DNA of 64,000 bases from Octopus sinensis (taxonomy: Eukaryota). The stretch spans positions 93,000,001 through 93,064,000 of the forward strand of contig NC_043005.1 in assembly GCF_006345805.1 (NCBI RefSeq), written 5' to 3'. The notes below the pieces were generated by a model that saw only the letters and a program-made list of their open reading frames with translations, was not told where the DNA came from and searched no databases. This document shows, one piece after another, positions 56,208 to 64,000 of this stretch (the stretch's first letter is position 1; the number at the start of each line of letters is the position of its first letter). The position numbers were made by a program, and so were the translations under genes.

Positions 56208-57214
56208 CTGTAAGAAAAGAATCTAAATTATTTACTGGTCTGTGGGTAAGTTATGAAAATATAGAATTTAACTTGGCTGATGGTATTCTTTGAATATGTT
56301 TTTCTCTTGAAATAAAAAGAAACAGAACTCAATGTGGAATAATGGTTTTACTTGAGATTTGGTATGGAGGAGTCTATACTCAATATATCGTATGTAAATC
56401 CACAGTTGCTGGTTTCAAGAACATACCTTCTCTTTCTTGCACATTTAACTCTTTCATACTTTGCTTTCTTCTTCCTTTTCTCTGCTTTCTTTTTCTGTTT
56501 CCTATTCATGTCCTTCCTCTTATTCTCTCTCACTATCCTTTCTTTTTTCCTTTTTCTTTTTTTATTGTTAGTTCTTCTAGTCTTGGGGCATTGGATATTG
56601 TTCAAAAACAACAAAACAACTTTTTCTTCATTATCCATTCCCTACTTGTTTCATACCAATGATCTCTGTTGTCTTTGATGTCCAGATGGATTTTTGGCTT
56701 AGTAGAAGAATGTCACTGTTCAATGATCCTTTTATTACAAATGCTGCATGTTTATTCTTTCCTGTTGTCAACAGCTTTTAGAAACTGGTCTCTCTCATCT
56801 ACTGACAGACAAGTTGTAAAAGTGTGCTTTCTGCAGAGTCATCATCCATTTTCTATGCATTCATTGTTTTGACAAGTTTGTAGAATCCCATTCTCTCTCT
56901 CTCATATAATTTATAAAATTTGTATATAAAAAAAACTTCATTAGTTAATGAATGTCTTTAATTCCAGATATGTAAGTATATTAACACTTTTAATACCAAT
57001 TTACATGAGACCATCCTAGTTCTGTCAAAACTTCCTGTTTCAAAGTAATCTAATCAAAATCTTCCTTTAAAATTTCATGTTTTGTACCAAACACCACCTC
57101 TTCAAAAAAATGACACGATCATTAAATTCTTTGTTATTTTCAAAGTTAATTGAAACAGAAGCACTGTATTTCAACAGGGTTAATAATTCATATTCCTTTC
57201 TTTTTCTTCTTCAG

Positions 57215-57256
57215 ATTCCAGGAGCCATGAAATTGCCATGGAGAAAACAAATATAG
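57215..57256 (+). CDS. Candidate 42 bp exon, xSRSHEIAMEKTNI
   Basis: Very strong acceptor ttcctttctttttcttcttcag, donor tag|gtaatt; single open frame (phase 1-1). Confidence 0.3.
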   Translation: MPGAMKLPWRKQI

Positions 57257-58493
57257 GTAATTCAGGAATTTTATTGTTTTAGAATTAACCTTCTGTGTAT
57301 TGCTTACACAATATTTTTCTCTGATAGCTTTAAATTTAATTTTACATCTCACAAGATTTTTGGAAAATAGTGATTTAAAACTCATCAGTTTTTTTCCATA
57401 ACTGGCAAACATTCTTTATGTTATGGCATTTTTACTTCTATTTCAAAAGTTAGGAGATGTGTTAGAGTTTCTTTAAAAGAAACAATGGTTTGTAGATGTC
57501 AAAATACCAATTATAACAATTTTCTTGAAACTATATCCATGTTTTCGAATTATTCCAATTCCAGTTTGCATGGTAAGGTGAATATTACATTTTTTCATTT
57601 TACTTTTTACATGAAATTTTCCTTGCTATCAGGGTTTGACAAAATGTGATAAATTTGTATAAGTGGTAAATTAGATGGCTGTGTGATTAAGAAGTGCAAT
57701 TTACATCCACATGGCTTTAAGTTCAGTCCCACTGAGTAACGCTGGGTAAGGGTTTTCTACTTTAGCCCTGAGCTAACCGAAGTCTTGTAAGTGGATTTGG
57801 TGGGCAGAAACTGAAAGAAGCGTGTCCTGCATATGATATACACATATAAAATTTGTAATAATAAGGTCAAAACAAATGATATTTTCAAAGCATTTAACAC
57901 TACATTTCAGCACTTGCATAACACACAATAGGAACTACATCCCCTTGAAATGAACCTATTAAATGCTTTTAAAATATAACAAATAGTATGGCTTGATGCC
58001 AGTGCAAACTAGGCTGTCCTCACTCCATTTACATGGATACTCTTACAAGGATTTGAAGTGGCTTGTTGTGTTTGGTTCAAGCTAAAAATTATGTTACTGT
58101 GCATTGCTCCTAAGCAAAACACAAAATATATATTTGTGTATGTGTGTGTGTCCTTTCCATGGCCTAGCAGGATACTTGGCAGGGAGTGTCACCATCGTGC
58201 AAGCATTTCTAACCTTCTGTAGAAACATGCCCAGCCAAGAGGAAATGTTAACTTAGAAACTGGTGAGGGTTGCCCAGCCAAGAGGAAATGTTAACTTAGA
58301 AACTGGTGAGGGTTGATGTGAAGAAGGGCACCTCGCTGTAGAAAATTGCCCTTAACAAATTCCATTTGACCCATGCAAGTATGGAAAAGCAGATGTTAAA
58401 ATTTGATAATGCTGCTACTGATGAAGATAGAGCCTTAAAACACAAGCAGACATTTGAAAGCAAGAAATGGGAATCAGAAGAGATCCCATTTAC

Positions 58494-58541
58494 CTCTGAA
58501 AGCGTGCAGCTGATAGTGCAATACTTTAATCACACAAACAT
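58494..58541 (-). CDS. Candidate 48 bp exon, xVCVIKVLHYQLHAFR
   Basis: Acceptor ctttgtattttatctcag, donor gag|gtaaat; only phase 1-1 is open, and it fixes the frame of the next three exons. Confidence 0.5.
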
Positions 58542-59759
58542 CTGAGATAAAATACAAAGGATCAAAGCATTATCTGCTGTCAGAATTAAGCTATTATTAA
58601 CGAGAAACCATAACACCTGTAGTCTTTTGTCACCTTATGCAAAATATAAATACTTTGAGTGTGTGTAGATGAAACAAATTGGGTACCATTTCTGCTTCAT
58701 AATTGAATTGTTAGTGATAAAGAAGATCATTATGAAATCAGCCACACCAATTTTACAAATATTGCACCATCATCATCATCTATCAACTATGACCTGTGCT
58801 TGCAATGATGGATAATCTACATATTCTACTCTATCTCAGTGCTCTAAGTTTATCAGCAGTCATAGTATTACTGTTCACATTCAGAGGCTTGATCATGTTT
58901 TGGGAAGAACTCCCACATTCTCCTGTATATTTTTTTAAATCTTTCAGTCAGGAGAGAAGGCAGTAGTTACTTGTCTTTACTGGCCCTCTGAAATTGGTTG
59001 GCTGGAAATAAAGTTGGTATTTTTAGGCTGGAACCTGGCTCAAATGCTTTCCAGGGTGAGTTCTGCTAAAGGCATCCCCAGTGCCAGGTAGTGGCGTTAT
59101 ACTAAGTGACAGATGAAATCTACCATCTAAATAAGCCATGGTGGGATTTGAACAAACACAAATACTGGATCAAATACTGAAAAGGCATCTAGTCCAATGT
59201 ACCCACAATTCATGAAGGGACATCAACATCACTGCCATGGAGGGGCCAGCAAATGTCCTGGGTAGTACTCCATTTCTCACTAAATTAAGACAAACAAAAT
59301 TCTAGTGCAATTTTGGCAGGCATGACCTCATCATCATCACAGTTTAGCATCTGTGTTCCTTGCTGGTATGGGCTGGATGGCTTGACAGAATCCGGAAAGT
59401 CTGAGGACTACATAATGCTTCAGTGTCTGCTTTAGCATCATTTCAATGGGTAGCTGGCATTAAGAATGACATCCATTTTACAGAATGTCTTGGCCACTTT
59501 TTGTGGCACCAGCAGTAGTGAGGCTGCCATGCGGCTTGCAAATCTAAAATCCCCTTTGACTAATGGAGAGACTGCAGTGGAGAGGAAGGTAGCTTTATGC
59601 TTGGAGATAAAATATAGGAAAAGAGGCCAGAACAGAAACAGAACTGGTGGCTGCATCAGGTGAGACATGGGATTAAGGAGTGAGAAAGACTGAGGATAAA
59701 AGAATGGCTGAGGCCATGGAATTTGGTTTTTTTTTCTTCACTATGAAATATTTATTGAA

Positions 59760-60013
59760 GATAGCTCTTTGGAGAAAGAAAAGAGTGTTTAAAGCTCCAG
59801 TATTTAAACCAACCCTATCTCACACCAAATATTGTACCTATCTTATGTTCAAACTGACAATATCTATAGCCTGTCTCACTTACCCTATATTTTAATTGTA
59901 AACAATCCCATCGTTGAAATCTTGAAGCTACAAGATAATGAATGATTAATTAAAATAATGTGATTAAATAAGCATTGTATTTGACAGAATAATAATCTAT
60001 GCTAACAGGTTAA
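59760..60013 (-). mobile_element. MITE-like repeat with a TTAA|CC end (piggyBac-like)
   Basis: Ends aggttaa at 60013; similar TTAA|CCC ends at 24927, 42957 and 57183. Confidence 0.35.
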
Positions 60014-60499
60014 ATTTGTTATTAGCAGGTATCCTCTGGTGCTCCCTGTGCATTGTTGGCATAGTATATTCAACCATATTGTTTCTTAACTATGGCTAAT
60101 ATTAAAAAAAGAAAAAGATTAGGTTTATTTTTGTAAGCTTCAATGAACGATTTTGTTACCATATTTCTAATGACATATACTCTCCAACTGTTTTAAATAA
60201 TTTTTCATACACAATCAAGAATTTGGAGGGGTTTAGTATTATTATTATTATTATCAATGTAGTGTTAGGAACCTAAAAAAAAAAGGTTCTGGATGAAACT
60301 TTTGGTGGAAGCTTTAAATTTAATCGTGAACACTTCAAAGTGTATATTTTTTGTATCATTAGACAAGGGTGGTCACAGATGGGTTGGAATCAAAAGGTTT
60401 AAATTCCTTTGTTCTTTGTTTCTCAAGAAAGTATTATGTAATGGAAAATAATCAATAAAGAATTGTGAACTGTTTAAAAATTTGGATTTACTTTTTTGG

Positions 60500-61075
60500 T
60501 AAGTGCAGGCATAGCTGTGTAGTGAAGAAGCTCTCTTTATGTGTGCATGGTTCCAGGTTCAATCTCCACTGTGTGACACCCTGGACAAGTGTTTTCAACT
60601 ATAGCCATGGGCTGACCAATGTTTTGTGAGTGAAATTGGTAGCTGGAAACTGGGGAAGCCCATCGTGTGTATGTGTTTACACACACACACACAATGTCCA
60701 TAATGTTTTTACAATTGAAAACTTCAGAAAAATCAAGTTGTACTTAGCTTTATTAAAAACAACAGAATATTTCCACGTGAACTTCATTGGTTGCACCCAA
60801 CACACCCAGACAGTACAATAAATTGTGGAAGTGGTTCTGATAATTTATGAACACCCTATATATATATCTGTGTGTGTTTGTTTCTCCCCCTCCATGCACA
60901 CACACACACCACTTGACAACTGGTATTGGTTTGTTTACATCCCTCCAACTTAGTGAGTGGTTCAGTAAAAGAGCTTATAGAATAGTACCGGACTTAAAAA
61001 TAAGTACTGGATTCAATTTGCTTGACTAAACCATTCAAGACGGTGCTGCAGCATGGCCATAGTCCATTGTCTGCC
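60500..61075 (+). mobile_element. Split CORE-type SINE (head 60500-60690, CR1-type tail 60860-61075)
   Basis: ccctggacaagtgttttcaactatagcc core; tail gacggtgctgcagcatggccatagtcc. Confidence 0.6.
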
Positions 61076-62318
61076 AAGAAGGTATGTTTTAGCTGGATAC
61101 TTTTCGTAATGATAATCTGGATCCCCTGTTGAGAATCTCCCAGTTAATTTGAAGCAGCTTCTCCTGTTGAGAGTTTTCAAATCAAAAGTTTAAGGCAGAA
61201 AATTCCTGTAAATAGAGAGCGAAAGCAAAATAGGATTTTAAATAGGATATGTTGATGAAATTAATTAGTGATTTTGTTTTGTTTTTAATTGACAAGTTAA
61301 TCAATTTAAGCTTAATGAAGCTAGAGAAATTGAGACAGTTACTTAAGGGTTGTAAATTTGTCATTTTATTGAACAAAGTAAACAAAAGTTTTCTTAATCT
61401 AACTGGTTTGAGTCCTGTCATCATAATCTTATATATTTGCAGAATATTGGAAATGAATGACACTGCTTGTATGACACTGACACTCATTTTTGACTTTCAC
61501 ATTATGTCAGGGCACTCCTACAAACACACACACACACACATATATAAATCCCTTCCCAGCTAAGCTTCTAGTTCTTCTGTCCCTACACACTTCTACTCGC
61601 CTTCTAGCTTGAAGGAGCCACCCAGCCCACTTCTGTTTATCTCTTTGCAGCACTAACATCTTTGTCATCTTCCCAGTTACAGTTAGCCACCCTTATATAA
61701 TGTAGGGTAGTCATATATCTCTTCCACAGCAGGATACCTGCCTCTCTATCATACTTTGTCTCTCAACATCTAGTATAAAGTCACCTCTTTCTTTACTGCA
61801 GCTTCACTTAGTTGAGGTGGGGAGGGTCCCCTTTCTGCTTTGTCTTGCCAGTTACTTGATGAGATCCTGAATAGTGCACTCAGTAAAGTGGTTGGCATTA
61901 GAAAGAGCAGCCAACTGTAGAAACCAGGCCAAAGCTGACAATGGCAGTAAGCGCAGACCTCCAACTTGGTGGATCCTCTTTAAATATCCAACCCAGACCA
62001 GTATGGAAGGTGAACATTATAGGATGATATTCATGTATTTGTATCTATCTGGAAATATCAAGGTTTTGCCTACTTAGATTATAACTTGAAATATAAATTA
62101 TTAAAAATAAAAGTAAATTGTTTCTAATTCAGTTCAAAGATGTTAATTAAGGAATCCAAAGAGTTTAGTCACAATTTCCAGTGCCTTTCAATCTGAATGT
62201 TAAATCACAATGCTATCAATTCCACCGCCTGTGATGTCAGCTTCTCAACTGTGATACAAAAATTTTACTTTCATTCATTGTTATTACAGAGTGAGGTGTG
62301 TGTGTGTGTGTGTGTGTA

Positions 62319-63144
62319 TGACAGGCATTCAAAAAGTAATCAATTTTATATTTTCCCATCAAATCTAATGCTGTGTGAGCAAAATCCTTTGGGGGTGGGG
62401 GAGGTGACACCACCATTCCTGTGCATGCATGAAAATTTTTGTGCTGGTAGGCCATGTCTGTTCCTGGCTGTTACACCTACAGTACAAAAGTGTAGAGATA
62501 TTGCATCAAGTTTTGCCAAAAGCTTGATGATATTCCAACTCAAACACCATCAAGAAGATTCAACAGATCTTTGGCGATGATGCCATGGGCAAAACTTAGA
62601 TCAAGGTGTAACTGCACCTCAGAGGAAAGCTAGGCACATTAAGGCAGGCCATCCAGAAGCTGAAATGAGGAACCGATTAAGAAGTTTTGGTGGATAGTCA
62701 TGGAAGACTGCCATGTAACAATCCAGGAAATTGCTCACAAAGTGAGAATAAGCACAGGGTTAGTGCATTCTATTTTAATGGAGGATTTGTGCTTGTGGAG
62801 GGTGTTGGCAAAATTCATCTCCATGGTACTGGCAGAACAGCAGAAGCAACTTTGCATGGAAATTGTCCAAGATATGCAGAATTGTACAAACCACGACCAA
62901 AACTTCATGAAGACCATCATCACTGGTGATAAGACATGAGTTCATGGCCTCTGCTCTGACGGGCACACACTACATGTCTGTACTCTAGGCATAACAGCCA
63001 GGAATTGACACAGCCTACCAGCATGAAAATTCTCACATATGTGCAGGAAGGATGGCATCACCACCCACCCAAAGGATTTTGCATATTTAACATTAGTTTT
63101 GGCAGGAATAAAAAAATCAAGTCAGATGCCTTTTGAACGCACCA
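62319..63144 (+). mobile_element. Internally deleted mariner element with ~175 bp imperfect inverted ends and TA flanks
   Basis: TA|tgacaggcattcaaaaagt left and TA|tggtgcgttcaaaaggc right (reverse complement). Transposase pieces RYCIKFCQKL, TIKKIQQIFGDDAMG, EDCHVTIQEIAHKVRISTGLVHSILMEDL..KTIITGDKT. Confidence 0.88.
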
Positions 63145-63322
63145 TATATATATATATATATAAATTATAATTGAGGGTATTTAAAAGATACCACCATGCT
63201 AGAGACAGCAGTCAAAACTTGACTCTAAAACCACATCAAATATTCATACAACACCAGGATAGATAAAGAGACTAAACTAGCAAAAAATTATTGGATAATA
63301 TATAAATTTATATATATATAAA

Positions 63323-63359
<37 letters not shown>

Positions 63360-63397
63360 GAGAGAGAGAGCTACTTGTCCATATATTTGCTTTGCAG

Positions 63398-63429
63398 CTG
63401 TGGTTTCAAATGAAAACATTCAGATTGCT
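63398..63429 (+). CDS. Candidate 32 bp exon, (A)VVSNENIQIA or LWFQMKTFRL
   Basis: Acceptor atatttgctttgcag, donor gct|gtgagt; a further acceptor ctttaattttttcag at 63803. Confidence 0.3.
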
Positions 63430-64000
63430 GTGAGTATGTTTTGAAGAAGAGTTGTTTGAAAAATGATACGTTTGTATTATATCTGAATTGATAGTTACTG
63501 CAACATGGTTCAGAATTTGAAATTTCGCTTTAATGGGGTGAATATGTTAGGAATCCAGTAATTTTGTTAACCGTGCAGTTTGTATTTTGTGTGTGTTTGA
63601 ATGATGTCACTTAAAATATGATGGAAAGTTTCACTATTTATAATTTTTTGTACATAACTTAAAGTGGTGTTGTTTTCCTTAGAATTTTGGGAATCATAAT
63701 TTTTGCAATGGTATTTTAGATCTTGTTTCTGTGGTTGATTAGCTTCAGGTCAACTCTGATTAAAGTTATTTGGCCACAAGTATTCCATCTTTAATTTTTT
63801 CAGACCTGTGTATCTTGAGCTACATTTTCCAATGTGTCCAGGATGTGATTTATGTGAGAATTGGTTGATATTTCTAACAGATTTTGTGATTATTTCTGAT
63901 AGCAGAAACTATTTTCAAACTAGATTCTAAAGTAATGCCTTCTTGCTGGCTGGACCACATACCCTGGTTAGCTTTGAAAGCTGGACCACATACCCTGGTT

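Noticed and set aside
56680-56870. WIFGLVE resembling the Merlin transposase WVFGGVER motif
   Set aside because: A single short motif with no recognisable DDE residues or TIRs.
59885-59928. Minus-strand exon-like segment with a strong gtaagt donor
   Set aside because: It lies inside a MITE-like repeat ending in TTAA, and its phase does not fit the downstream exon chain.

Overview
AT-rich, repeat-dominated eukaryotic (animal) DNA. The repeat families look like an octopus/cephalopod genome: tRNA-headed CORE-type and Meta/MESC-type SINEs, RTE and CR1-group LINE 3' fragments, mariner/Tc1 remnants and very long TA/TATG microsatellites. This assignment comes from recalled family features, not a search. 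There is no prokaryotic, CRISPR, rRNA or intact tRNA content, and almost every ORF in the supplied track is a microsatellite artefact or a transposon remnant. Host-gene signal is limited to small candidate exons: a phase-compatible 4-exon chain on the minus strand (58541 to 55004), a 2-exon 3' end on the plus strand (28351-28769), and a CpG-retaining promoter-like zone (about 47-51 kb) with a possible ATG microexon. The most interesting observations are: (1) a type I hammerhead ribozyme with a palindromic stem III and an unusually long, branched stem II (13363-13473), at the end of a ~2.8 kb ORF-less element embedded in microsatellite, possibly a non-autonomous Penelope-like/retrozyme element; (2) a fold-back LINE hairpin fused to an RTE element (22098-23352); (3) a 6.8 kb TA/TATG tract with an internal inversion, bracketed by outward-facing LINEs; (4) a complete non-autonomous Helitron plus a nearby duplicate that carries host flank; (5) a mariner derivative with ~175 bp inverted ends; (6) SINE tails shared with two different LINE partners. 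Coordinates of diverged repeats are approximate, and identities were judged by eye.
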